Assembly (NCBI GenBank): GCA_009602735.1
Contig: WELA01000395.1
Coordinates: 131,484 to 195,483, forward strand
Length of the DNA stretch: 64,000 nt
DNA from: Mesotaenium endlicherianum
Taxonomy: Eukaryota
Reading direction: 5' to 3'
In this document: positions 1 to 12,900 of the stretch, in pieces
How positions within the stretch are numbered: position 1 is the first letter of the stretch
Layout of the letters: each line of letters opens with the position of its first letter
Program-made: the position numbers and the translations under genes
The notes under the pieces: model-generated
Database searches by the model: none
Told to the model about the DNA's origin: nothing
Seen by the model: the letters and a program-made list of their open reading frames with translations, nothing else

Positions 1-246
1 CCCCCCTCCTCCTTCCTAGGGGGGCATTCTAATACCCTCCCCCTCCCGTATGCTCAACAGCTGTCGCCCAGGTTTTACTTTTTCAATATCCCTCTATCTG
101 TCTGTTTCCCACACGCACACACAATGCTCCCCCTGGCCCCATTCTCTCCCTCATTCTGACTGTCTCCCACTCTATCTCCCTCCCTGCCCCCTCTTGCTCC
201 CACACACAGACCCGCGCGATGCTCCCCACTGTGCCGTGTTCCACTG

Positions 247-300
247 TGCGTGCGTGTGTGCGTACGTGCGTGTGTATGTGTGTGTGAGTGTGTGTGTGTG
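247..300. repeat. (TG)n/(TGCG)n microsatellite
   Basis: Visible imperfect TG dinucleotide run. Similar runs occur at 846-930, 17985-18030, 23350-23406, 41320-41480 and 43170-43338. Confidence 0.9.
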
Positions 301-391
301 TATCTCCTTAGTTTGGAAGAGTCAAGGGTCAAGGGCCAGTGGTCAAGGGTCAAGGGTCAAGGGGTTATGACTTAATGTTCAGAGACGCCAG

Positions 392-552
392 GTGTCCAGT
401 CCAGCTACGAGCTGGCCCTCGGGCGGTTGCATAAGCTTTCTGGCAGCGGGTTTGTGCTGTGTCATGCTGACGCAGCAAGGCCAGAGCCGAGGGGGCAGGC
501 TGCGGCCTCTCACCTTGCTGGAGAAGGGGGGACCACGCCTTGCGCCAGATGA
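392..552 (+). CDS. possible terminal exon of a gene starting upstream of the window
   Basis: CAG acceptor at 389-391 follows intron-like TG/CT repeats. The frame VQSSYELALGRLHKLSGSG... is open to a TGA near 550. No recognisable domain. Confidence 0.2.
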
Positions 553-3500
553 TTCGCTCCTCCTACAACAGCTTCTGAGGTGGCGGCGGAGGTTGACGTG
601 TCCGGCCAGCCCTGCAATGGGCCACCTCCAGTCGCGCCACCTGTCGCCTCGGCGAAACAGTAACAGACTCCAAATTGCATTGAGAAGTAATCAAAACGAC
701 CATGGTCTGGTGTACAATGAAGCTCGCGTTTCAGTACCCCTGCGTTTCATTCCTGCTCTGCAGACACGTTGGGTGATGGATGAAAGGGAATCAAGGGCAG
801 GACTGAGCTCTGCACCAGGCTCGTTCCCAGCCGGTGCTAAGCCAAGTGTGTGTGTGTGTGTGTGTCTGTGTGTCTGTGCGTGTGTCTGTGCGTGTGTCTG
901 CGCGTGTATGTGTGTGCATGCATATGCGTGTGCGCACATTGGGTGCACCCAAAACTGTCACTGTTTCGTCTTGGCTGCCGTAGATTCTGAAATCCACGGG
1001 CAGAGAGTGTGTGCATTTCCACAGAAAAGGAAAAAAAAACGTAGATGCACACCCATAATGATCTTCAAAGGCGTTTCCCCCAGGATACGTCACAGCCAGG
1101 CCTATACTCCTGCTATATGTTAAACAGGCGGTCGCGGAAATGCCATCTTACCCTGAGCATAAACAGTTTCACGTCCGTCGTCTAGAGATGTCCGACAGAG
1201 AAGAATAGTAACGGCTAGAAGTAACCTTCTGTGGTGCCCGGCTAAAGACCGACCGAACCGAATGGATGTAGTCTCGCGTGCCATGGTCAAGCACGAGGTG
1301 GCCACATATTCAACTTCATGAGGTGATGTCCACGGAAACGGCCTCGCACTTTCTTGAGCTATATAGATTGAAGGAACTACACGGTCTACTGAAAAGGGGA
1401 TCACAACATAATTTTTTCTCTTCAAAGGTGAGATCCGGGCGCGGTACTTTGGGCGGACACTACAAGGTCATACTTTGGAATTAACTTCGCCTTTCGAATG
1501 CGATTGCCGGCAAAAAGAACATCAGCAGAACCGTGCTACAAAAGTCTTAAAATGAAGGCTTGTCCTCAATCCGGCTCCATGTAAGAGATTGCAACAAGAA
1601 CGCATGTAATCAAGAACCGCGAAGTGATAGGTGTAGCAAGGTGTAGTATAAGCGAACCATTATGGGCCCTGTCTTTGTAAGTGCTGCATGGTGGTCGTGC
1701 TTTTCCAAATTCCTACTCATGCATGGACGCGACTCGCGAGCAATCCGTTGGTCCCCGCTGGACCGACGCTTTTGAACTGAGAGAGCCAGTGAGACCAGCA
1801 ACACGAGTGGCATGGAAAGCAGGCCGGATTCGAGTCATAACGTGGCGCGAGCACAAAGAAGTCAAACTTTGGCTCAGGAGTCAGGAACCAGTACGGACCA
1901 AATTTGCACTACGATGTAGATCGGGCAAAGATTTTTGTATGCGTACCACTGCTCTGCTTTACGAGAAATAGTGGGTATATACGGATAAACGACTCAAACT
2001 TACGTCGCGTCTTTTAGGTACCACTAGGTTTGGTAAGTGGCATATTTCAAAAGACCACTAAATACAATTGACGCGAAGTAGCATTCTTTGTAGCAAGGTA
2101 CTTCAGTGTTCCACTAGATTGTAGCAAGAAGGTATATTTTCTCGTACCAGTCGTACCAGATCTTCACGAGCGCATCACTGCTTCCCGCGAGATAAAAGGG
2201 GTTCTTAAATTTGCAAATTTATTCGCTAACCCACAAAGTTTGTGGCTATGTATACCGGATCTTTGCTGGCCATTTTTTGAGGCGGAAGAAGCGGTATTTC
2301 GTACATCTAAGATTTGTCATCTGACAACTGATGAACCCAGATGAACCAGTGCATAAATTCATCTTTCCACAAACTTCGTTCCACATTATGCAGACTTTAC
2401 CGAAGAGTCGGGATTCAGGACTTGACTTGGACCAGGTCTGGACGGGGCGACACTACAAGGAGCTGGAAGAAGCCAAGATTGTCTCCGTACGAGAGGTACA
2501 AACATGTCCAAATACTACGCACAGAGGTGCTATAACACGCTTGAGGACTGCCTCAGGAAACCTAGTGCGCAGAACGTCTGTGGCATCTGATTGCAGCACG
2601 TTACGGTACGTTCAAGGACCCAATGGCGCTCATCTGAATCCTGTCAGCATTCTTGTCCTCGACGGTTCAGGCGTTCGAGTATCATGGAGCTTGTCACGGA
2701 GTTTTCTGGAATATTTTGGAGTATTTTGGCCAATGCCAGCAATTTCTGGCAACTGTGGTCTATATTTTCTGGTTCATTGAAAACTTGTTGGACGGTGATG
2801 GTGGGTGTTACCGCCAAGCACTTTGGCTCTTAATTGACATTCTGCTGAACTCAGAAACTAAGAGAAACTCCTCCAAGCAACTCGTCATCGTGACATATTA
2901 CTGTACTGTATGGGTCCTGCTTAAGAGTATAGTAGAAAATTTAGAGGCCTACTTCTGTCCAGAAGGGAGCTTTCATTCGAAAGTGAATCCTTTTGATCAG
3001 CAGCCAAGAATCATGTTTTTATTGTAAGCAAGAAGAGTCCGACACCAAAGAGTGTAGGAATGAAAGAGGTGCGCTGGAATCTTCTGTCTTTCATTGTGAT
3101 CTGGTACCTAAGGTATGAAATTGATGTCTTCAATGCGTGCCTATTCTTTTCTGATAAAACTCTCACCTTGGTTCACTCTGGGGTGATTTTTCATAACTGA
3201 TATAAATGTGGGCCTATTTTGTAAATAATGCTCTTGATGCAGTAATCTAACTTTGTTATCTTCCTTTCTTAGCCCTACATTCATCGGAAGAAGAAAAATG
3301 TATATATATGTATCAAGAATTTCGGCTGCAAGCCATGCCCGCTGTTAATGCAGCCACAATACAATGTCGCAGGTTTGGATTCTTCTGCAGGTTGGCAGTC
3401 ATTAACTTATTCAAGTAAGCTTCAGCCACCTTCTTGCTTTGAGATGAAGCGTAGCCAAGTACAACCAGGAGCAGGCAAAGGTAGTTCAGGAGATGGTCCT

Positions 3501-3981
3501 CTGTACATACATACCAATCTTGACGTAGCTTTAGAGGTGTACCTACCAGTAGAAGGTCGTGCAGTTGGATATAAGGTACCCAAAGGTTGTTTGTGACACT
3601 TAATTAACAAGCATGCTATGAGCAGGGCATTGCCTGTGAGTTGTTGCAACAAGCACAACTTTTGGCAGGACTTTTTGCAAGCCTAATAGTATCAGAAAGG
3701 TAAGCTTTACATTTCTGCGATACAAATTTGTAGACTTCTTCCGCCAATTATGAAATGCTCAACATGCGAGAGCAAGTCCGTGGGAGTAGCAGTGCTCTGT
3801 GCAAGTTTGTTAGCCCTCAATCAGTTACTTTGCTCCAGCAACATAGTCTCAGCACCATATCCTTCTACGTCCAGAAGGACGACTGAAGGTATGAAGTTCT
3901 GAACCTCTAGTAAAGGTCGCAGTACTCCAGTAGGTGAAAGTGGAGCTGTGTTAGATTCCACTATAAGTGATTAACGTCACA

Positions 3982-6900
3982 ATGGCTACTATACCACCTC
4001 CAGGGTATTCCCGGCAAGAGGCGACAGAGAGAGACAGAGGTTCCCCAAGACTAGCTTCAGCAGCCCCTGTTGAAGCTTCACCCTTCATAGCAGGACCAGG
4101 CTCCCCACATAGAGGAGCTCAGTACTATGTCAGTCCTGGCTCACCCCGCAGAACACCATACCAGGCTGGGCCGGGTTCGCCAGGCAGGTCCTTCACGCTA
4201 GGTGGAAGTTCACCTAGCCAGAGCCAAGGGAGTATCTTCCAAGGCAGCACTCGTGGGACCTATCAGCAAGTTTCCCCGTCCTCAGGTGGGAGCGGAGGAG
4301 GCTTTCAGGGCACTTCAATATCGCCCCCTGGCAGCGCGGGTGGGGGCGTTACGAGTAAAGAAATTATGTATCAGGGAAGTCAATCACCAGGAAGGAATGT
4401 GAGTACCAGCGGTGGTAGTGGTGGGCCCTACCCACCTGGTTCTCCTTCACAGCAGAGGGGGGGTGTTGGTGGAGGTGCAGGGAGCGTAGGAGGGGGGTAC
4501 CCTCTAGCTCCACCTTCTCCAGGCAGATCCTTACTCTCCCCTCAAGGGACCCCTACTTCAAGCTCAGTTGGGAGAGGCAGGCACGTGATCGTGCCCCACT
4601 TGGCTCAAAGTGGCTCCCCTCGTGCCTCTCCCTCATCTCAAAGTGATTCACCCCAGAGTGCAGACAGAGGGTTCAGTGGGGGAGGGTTGGACCAGAACCA
4701 GTACCAGTATCCAACAAGCACTCTTTCTCCGCATCAGTCATACTTACAGGGAAGACCTGGTTATTCCAACCCTTCTGCTCTTGCACCTGCCTCCCCCCAG
4801 CGTAGCCCCCAAGGGTTGAGTCCTGGGGGTGATATGAGTTCAAGAACCTCCTTCAACCCAGCTGCTCAACACCAGGCTGCCTCAAACTCTTCCCATAGTG
4901 GGAGCGAGATTGTTTCTAACATCCCCTTTACCTCGTCCCCCTTCAAGCCAAGGTCTCCCTCTCCTAGAACTGCTCTCTCAGCTGGCAAGATGTTCCAGAA
5001 AGCCTCAAGCTATGAATCTGCTAGACTGAAGGTACTTGATAGCACCAGCCCAAGAGACAATAATTATGTTATTAAAGAGAGCCCTCAGGGGAGGCCGGGG
5101 CTCAACGGCGGGACGTCAGAGAGAGTAGATGAACTCACCGGTGCAGCTGGGTCAGACGGGGGAGAGGTCAGAGCAGGCTCAGGCCCTCTCCTCGGGGACA
5201 AGCCTTCAGTCAATGCAGTCATCAAGCTCGCTCCGCCCTCTCCCCGGAGCCCGTCCACACCCGATAGAAAACCCTTTCTTTCCCCACAAGGAGGGGGTCC
5301 TCCAAAGTCGCCTACAAGGTCTCTCACGCCAGCAGCTGCAGGCTCCCCTTACCTCTCCCGCAGCTCGGTGCTCAAAGGCGACAGGGGCTCAACAGGTGCA
5401 ACACCCGGGTCTATCCCCAGCGCCCCCATCTTTAGCCAAACTGGCCCCGGCTCCGTTTCTGGCTCCCTGGGGGGGGCCAAGGAGGGTGCACCAGGACCCA
5501 CAGCAGCGACATCGGCAGATGCCACGGGCCAGTCCTTGGCAGCCGACTCTGAGTACCAGCCGAAGGTAAGGGACCTGATTGGCTCCTTCAACATGAGGGA
5601 GGGCCCCCGGAGCACGCCAGTGAAGCCAAAGAGCGCGCAGGAGCTTAAGAAGAAGAGTAACGCGTTCGTGGACTGGGTGACCAAGGGCGGGGCTGCGGCC
5701 CCCCTGGGGCGGGAGAAGGCGTCGGGAGACGCGCGCCAGGAGATCGAGCAGGCGAGCGCCGGCCTCCCCTCTTTCCTCCCCTCGCTCTTGCTTCTCTTTC
5801 CTTCTCTAAATCAGGCCTCTGTGCTGCCTTGCTGGTCCACAGACGCCCGCGCCTGATCCTTCGCTCTCCGGGAGCTGACTTCTTCTTGAAAACGCCGAGC
5901 AGTTGCGGTGCACGCACGCACATGCACTGAAAATGTATCGACGCGTGCATGGAAGCAGACACGCTTGCACTTTCCAGTAAATGTGCTTTACTATGCCTGC
6001 TCACCCGCCAACCTACCTGCCCCTGCAGATGCTGGCGCGCATGCAAATTTTGGAGGCTGAGCTGGAGCAGGCCCACTATGAGGTGGCAAATCTGAAGGCT
6101 CACCAGAACGAGCTTCATGCCAAGCTGGACGCGTCAGAAGAGAGCCGGCGGGCGGCCGAGCATGCAAGGGGGGCAGCAGTGGCCCAGCTGGACGGGGTCA
6201 GGAAGGAGGCTGAGGGCAAGATGACGAACATGCAGGTACACCCCTCACTATCAAGGCTCTGCGTAATACATGCATGATGCATGCATGCAGGCATGCATGC
6301 ATGAGTGATTGAATGCAGATTCATCTTCCTGGAGCCCGAGCAAGGGCTGACTGAGAAACCAACAACGTAGCAAGTGGTAGGACAGTTCTACTCATATCAG
6401 TGAACTTACGATCTTCCTGGCCCTGGCCCCGGCCCCGGACCCATGTGGAATGCACGCGCACTCGAGTTTAGCATGGGGGGGTGTTAGCATATAACGGCTG
6501 CTTACTTGGGTTCAAATTTCTCTTGTGGTGGCCTTGTGGTTGGCTTTTAAGGGGCCATATTCCTCTTAGGCGTAGGAAGATGCTGGTTTTTGGCCGTATC
6601 TCTCTGTGCGTGCACTTGCAGTTGACGCACTTACGACGGGTTAGGCTAAGAACATTTGCGTATGTTGTGATTAAACTCTACAATGGGCATCATAAGAAGT
6701 ATTGAGTTCTTCATATTCCAATGCGTACAGTAGCCCTCCAGCTAGGGGATGGGGGCGACTTGCTCACACCTTGTCTGACTGGACTTCTCTGCAAGGCACA
6801 TCATGCGTGTCTGCGTGTGGCGCGTGTTGCGTGTGGCGCGTGGTGCATGTGGCACGTGTTGCATGAACACTGCGTAGAAATATGCTGGTGTTAGGACCTG

Positions 6901-9900
6901 GGCATGTCGGCAGGTTAAAAGCGATTGATGATTATTTTAAGTGAAAGGTGAGATATCCTCGGAGTTTTGTATGTAGGCGATGTGCACATGCTTCGTAAGT
7001 ATGTATGCCGTGACTTAAGCTACAACCTGCAGAGATGAGGTATGTTAGAAATCCTTTCTTCATATCTCCCTCTTTCTACAACAGACCCACCCACACACCC
7101 ACACACACGCACCCACACACACACACCCACACACAAATCAGTAAGCATCTCCACACGCTTCTCACTCCATGCATCCCCCCTCAGCCTGAAAGTAGTAAAG
7201 CTGCATTATCCGGGTGCTGCAGTATTCACTCCCCATTCTTCCTTGCTAGCTCCTTTCTTTTGCCCCTGGCCCCCCGACGAGTCTCAGCCTAGAAAGAAGT
7301 GGATGGCTGCTCTTCTTGCGGGGCACGGCAGGCCATGCTGGCGAGTGCGACAGCCCTCCACGCGCAGTCGCTGGAGCTCATCGACGGCCTCAAGGCCTCC
7401 AGGGCGGAGGCGCAGGCCGCGGCCGATGCCGCCGCCCAGGATGTGACCGCCCGCAACAAGGAGCTTCGGGCTGAGGTGGACGCCCTGAGAGGCGGCCACG
7501 CGGCAGCCATGGAGGAGCTCTCCAACATGAAGGCGGCGGTGAGTGCTCCACCAGCTCGCTCTCGCTCCGATTGTGGCTCTGGCTTCTTTTCCGGCTCCGG
7601 CTGCAGCTCTGGCTCCTTTCCCGGCTCTGTTTTCTGTCTCCATCTCCGGCTCTGGCTCCAGCTCCTTTTCCGACTCCAACTTTGGCTCTGGCTCCTTTGT
7701 AAAAAGACCACCTGGTGGAGAAGGCAGCTTGGGGGTGGAGGGGGAGAGGGGGAGTGAAGGCGGCAGGAGACGGAGGACCGGGGGGCCGGGGGGGGGGCGG
7801 GGGGCAGGGGCGGCCACCAGATTCTCAAGCTTGGGCGCTGCAGCCTGCTGTGGGAGAAGCATCGCGATGTCAGGCGGCCGACACTCTCTCACGGGAGATC
7901 AGCAAATAGCATTCGGGTGGTACACACTTGAAGGCAGGTGAGGTGACGATTCAAGTAGGGCGAGATGCGGCGAAGTTGGTTACCTGTCGGGGACAGGACT
8001 CGGAAATGGATAAGTTTTCTTTTGATCTTGGACTCTATGATCATACCATCTGTGCTGAAAGCAGACATCGTTCGCCCCCCCAAAATTTTCTTCTTTATCC
8101 GGCCTTATGTATTGGTATTGAATATGGGTGCTCAGAAGCATTATCTGCACGCTATATATGTTGAGAGATATGTATGTCCCTACCTACGTATAGGATTTGC
8201 TTACAAATCTGTTGCTTTGGGGCATGCTGTGCAGGCGGAGCACATGGTGCCACGAGAGGAGGTCGAGAGACAGGCGGCGGAGGCACGGGCTGTCACGGAG
8301 CGTGTGAAGCAGGAGGTGCAGACACTTGGCCTCAAGCTGGAGGCCGTGGTGAAGGCGAGAGATCAGGCGGAGAAATCCAAGGCAGGGGTCCTGAAGGAGA
8401 AAGAGGCTCTCCTGAAGGAGAAGGTGTTGGCTGAGAGGGAGAAGGAGATGCTGCTCAAAGAGAAAGCCAGTCTGACAAAATCGAAGGCTGAGCTGGAGAG
8501 GGCCAAGGGCGAGCTGGCGCAGGCAAAAGCGGCTGCTGAGCTGGCGCTGGAGAAGACCTCGGCCGAAGCAAAGGTGCAGATTGACGCAATCTCACAGCGC
8601 GCGGAGGACCTGCGGAAGAGTGGGGAGGACTTGCAGGCGAGCCGGGAGGAGTTACGCCGGGAGAAGGAGGAGGTCGCCGCCCAGTGCGCCAAGCTGGGCA
8701 GCCAGCTGGCGGCGGCAGAGACGGCGGCGGCTGCCGCCCAGGCGGAGGCGCAGGCCCTGAAAGGGGACTTGGAGAGCGCCGACCAGCGCAAAGCTGCCAC
8801 GTCAGCGGAGGCAGCCGGCGTGAACGCCGCCCTGCAGGCTGCCACTGCCGAAATCGCGAGCCTAGAAAAGCGGGTGGAGAGTGCCAGCAAGGAGATCGAA
8901 ACGGCGCGCCTCAAGGCCGAGCGCTCGGAACGGGAGGCGGAGGTGGCGAGGGATGACATGAAGGGGCTCGTGAGGCGGCTGGAGGAGGAGGCGCGCGCAC
9001 GCGAGAGCGCGGCCAAGGAGAGGGAGGCTCTGCTCGCGGAGCTGGCGGAGAAGGCGGCCATGGCTTCTGAGAGGGACGCCCTCCGCAGCGAGAACGCCGC
9101 TCTGGCGGGGCAGGTGGGTGCAGCGAGCGTGGCGGCAGTAGCGGCGAGGGAGGAGAGGGAGAGCGTGGTGGTGGGGCTGGAGGAGAAGCTGAGGGAGTCC
9201 GAGAGGGAGCGGGAGAGCCTGGGGAAGAGGGCGGAGGGGCTGACGGCGACGCTGAGCGCGGCAAATGCAGAGGCGCTGAAGGCGGGGCAAGAGGCCGTGG
9301 CCCTTAGGGAGGACGTGGCAAGGGCCGGCGCTGAGCTGGCAGCCGCTCATGCTGAGCTGGCAGGCGTGAAGGAGAAACTGGAGGATGCGAGGGTGGGGCT
9401 GGAGGGGGCCACCATAAGGGTTGAGACCATGCGGAAGAAAGCGGAGGAGGCGGGCGAGAGGAGGGAGAGGGCAGAGAGGGAGCTGGAAGATGTCAAGGTG
9501 GACCTGACGGCCGCTGAGGTGGCGAGGAACAACGCACAGGCGGAGACGCAGATTGCGCGCGCTGAGGTGGCGACAGCACAGCACCGTGCGGAGATTATGG
9601 AATCGGCGGCGGCCGAGGCAGAGGAGGAGACGCGGCAGGCGAGGGCCAACGAGGACGCCGCGTCGCGCCAGGTGGCTGCGCTGCAGGCCGAGCTCGAGCG
9701 TATGGGGGCAGAGATGGACGGCGTGTCACAGCAGGCAGCAGCGGCATTGGCGGGCCTGCAGACAGATGTTGAGCTTCTGAAGAGCCAGCTGGCACAGGCG
9801 GAGGCCTCTCTTGCAACCGCGGAGAGCCGACACATGGCAGCTGTGAAGAGCATGGAAGCTGCCAGAGCAGCTGAGGCTGTGGCGCTAGCCCAGGTGGCGG

Positions 9901-12900
9901 AGCTACGGCGTGCCACCTCAGCAGCACTTCCTTCAAGCAGCAAGACCCATTCCCGCACAATCTCGCTCGACTCCATCCCTGCCATGCCAGCAGCGATAGC
10001 TGGCACAGGTGCTCTTGAACACGGTGCGTGCCACATACGCTCTTCTCGCCTTCACTTCTCACTCTCCATGTTCCTCCCTTATGTGTGTATGCGCATGCAT
10101 CGTGCAGCCATGGAGCTTCTTGCTGTGCTCCAGCTCCCGTGAGGGAGTGGATGATTCACGTCTTTTCCTCCACCTTCCATTGGAATAAGGACTCTGTCAG
10201 CGTACTCGTATCGGGGTGTTTCTCTTGCTGCTGACCCACGAAATTTGCACCTCCTCCTCTACATATTTTGCACCAGCCCTTCACAGACAGATCCAAACCG
10301 CCGCGCACGCTTCATCCCCTGTATCTCTATAAGCAGGCACCTATTTTGCTGTTGCGTCGCACCTCTGCCCTACCCCCGAGCTGCCCCTCCATCCCCACCC
10401 CCCTCTGATTCGCACTTGCCGTCTCCCTCTTTCGCGAGGTCAGCTGCAGTTTGTCAGTTTTTCCCGTGTCCGCCTCTTGCTTCTTGTCGTGCTGACTCTT
10501 CAACCTCGTCGCCTGCTTTTGGTTCTGTGCTTTCGGGATGTATCGTTTTTGGGGAGCAGTGGAAGAAGCTGGTACAAGTCCCAGCCCGAGGCACGGGGGC
10601 GCCATCAGCCCCGTCTCCTTGAGCCCCACGCCAGCCGTCAAGTCCCCGCACCAACCGCCACCACCTGGTGCTGACAGTGCCGCTGCTGTGCCAACTGGCA
10701 ATCCTGCTGCACCAGCTGGCACTGCTGCTGCTGCTGCTGCCGCTGCAGCAGAGTCTGAGGCGGCAGCAAGGGACTTGCAAGAGCAAGTGGGCAGTCTGCG
10801 CCGGCAGGTCAGCTCGGCCAACGAGGTGGCGGAGGCCCGGCTGGCGGCGGCGCTTGCTGATGTGGAGGCGGCCCGGGCGGCCGAGCAGGAGAGTGTGAAA
10901 AGAGCCCAGGCGCTGGCCAAGGAGGCCCAGGGCGCGCGCGAGCGGGAGGCGGCTGCCAGAGCTTACGTCGACAAGGTGTGTGCGCATTTCTCCAGATGTT
11001 GCATACATGGTGCTATTTTTATTTTACGTGCTTCTTTCGCCACTTGCAGAATTCTCGGGTGTGAACTCACCGGAGGACGTGTCACATGCTATGTGTCTCT
11101 GTGTGTGGGGCATGGGGCAAATCCCCAGCCCTGCTGTTTGTTCAAGTGCGGACCTTCGAGCTTTCTTGTTGTGTGGCGTCATGCCCTGGGCCATTGCTGG
11201 GCCCCCCGCTCCGCCCTTTGAATGCATGGCATCACTCTTGGCGTGGTTGCTTGTCGTTCACCGGGGATCGTCGCCCGTAAACCCTAAAATGCGGACGAAA
11301 AATTCCAACTTCAGAGCGCTTGGTGCAAGAGGCCGTGCTGGCCACGCTCGCGTGCTTCGGCTGTCTAATCTTGCGCGGGGGGTTGGTGTGCAACTTTGTG
11401 TGCGTATGTGTGGATGTTTGTGTATTCATATACATGTCTATACACTATATGTATATATCTAGATATGTCTATGTAGTCGTACATGGGCTTACCCATGTAC
11501 GTATCTACGTCCATATTTTAGATGTCTATATGTATGAAGATGACACATACATTTCATTATTCAATTTAGAAACTACGTCTGAGGAAGGACCCGATGGGGC
11601 TACAAGTTGTAATATGTGATTGGTGTGGATTTTATATCTCTTTCACTTTTGAAAGTAGTCTCTCTGTTTCTGGTGTGACACGCCATGCTTCTGCTGTTAC
11701 TGCGACCATTGCAAGGAAGGCGTGTCAATAATAGTGGCACGAGAAACATTATCAAATAAAGAATAGTAATAAAGAGCAAACAAAATTATCGGACTAAGCT
11801 TTTGCCCTGGGCCTCCAATTTCAAGGGCTGAATTTTGAAGTTTTCTTTTTGTTGTTGTATGTTTCTGACTGTCACAGGTGAGGGCGAACGAGGAGGAGGC
11901 TGGAAGGCGAGCTGAGGTGGCATCTGGCGAGATCCTATTGGCCAAGGCGGAGGCCAAAGCGCTCAAGAAGGCCCAGGAGGACCTGCTCTGGAAGGTGCGC
12001 GGCCCTCCTTCCTCTCCTCCTTCTTCCTTTTCTTTTTTCTCTTTCTTTCTGTTTACCCCTCTTGTTTCCCTTCTCCTTGGCCTTGTTCACCTTCCTCCTC
12101 CTCTTCTCCTTCTTCTCTTCCTTCTTCTTCCCTGTGCAGTCATATCTTTGAGCGAAAATTGCGACCCACCTCTCGCAACTCCCTCCAATTAAGAATATGC
12201 GGCCTCCCATACGGACAGCAAGAATATGGATCAGCTGTCTGTATGATTCTGGGTACACGCGAATTTCATCCTTTCCAGACGAGGCAGCTGTTTCTCCTGA
12301 ATCAGTGTGCTTGTCACTTCAATAAGGGTCATCTCGGGAGGAAATGCATATACCTTCTGTAGGTTACCTTGAGGGGTGATGGGTAGCAGCTCGTTGCCGT
12401 ATTTGACCAGTAATACTGTTTTCATGAGGTAGTCAGGATTCAGCAAATACCGCCCTGAGTTACTTGCGAAGTTGGCGTGAAAGTAGCTAAGCATGCAGCA
12501 GTATCGGATGCGTCGACGTTTCTGTTACATAAAGAAGCACTGTGGCTGGTAAAATGTGGAGCCACCGCATGCACACACACACGCACGCACGCACGCCTGC
12601 ATGTGTCGAACCACCACGGGCCACCACCTGTCCAGCCTGCAGCTATGCGTCATAACCTCATACGACTTCTGTGAGTGTTGAGAGGAGCCATCTGAGTCGC
12701 CCCCATGACAGCATGGTGTGACTTGGTCATGTCACTGCTATCAAGTCATAGGGTATAAAATCATATGGGTTGCCATACATAGTGCATCGTGCTATGGGAA
12801 CAAGGAGAGGAGGCTATCCTCACTTTGGTGCTCCGCTCCGAGCCCGGCAGGTGAACGCCCTCGAGGGCGCGAGGGAGGTGCTGGAGGGGGAGCTGCACAA

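Noticed and set aside
50..1123. ORFs rich in CV/HT repeats here and across the window
   Set aside because: These are translations of (TG)n/(CA)n microsatellites, not proteins.
1100..3300. Possible transposon relic or gene in the AT-richer stretch
   Set aside because: Only short ORFs and no motif I could recognise; left unannotated.
8363..10062. Long antisense Ala/Ser-rich ORFs
   Set aside because: Shadows of the GC-rich coiled-coil exon on the opposite strand.
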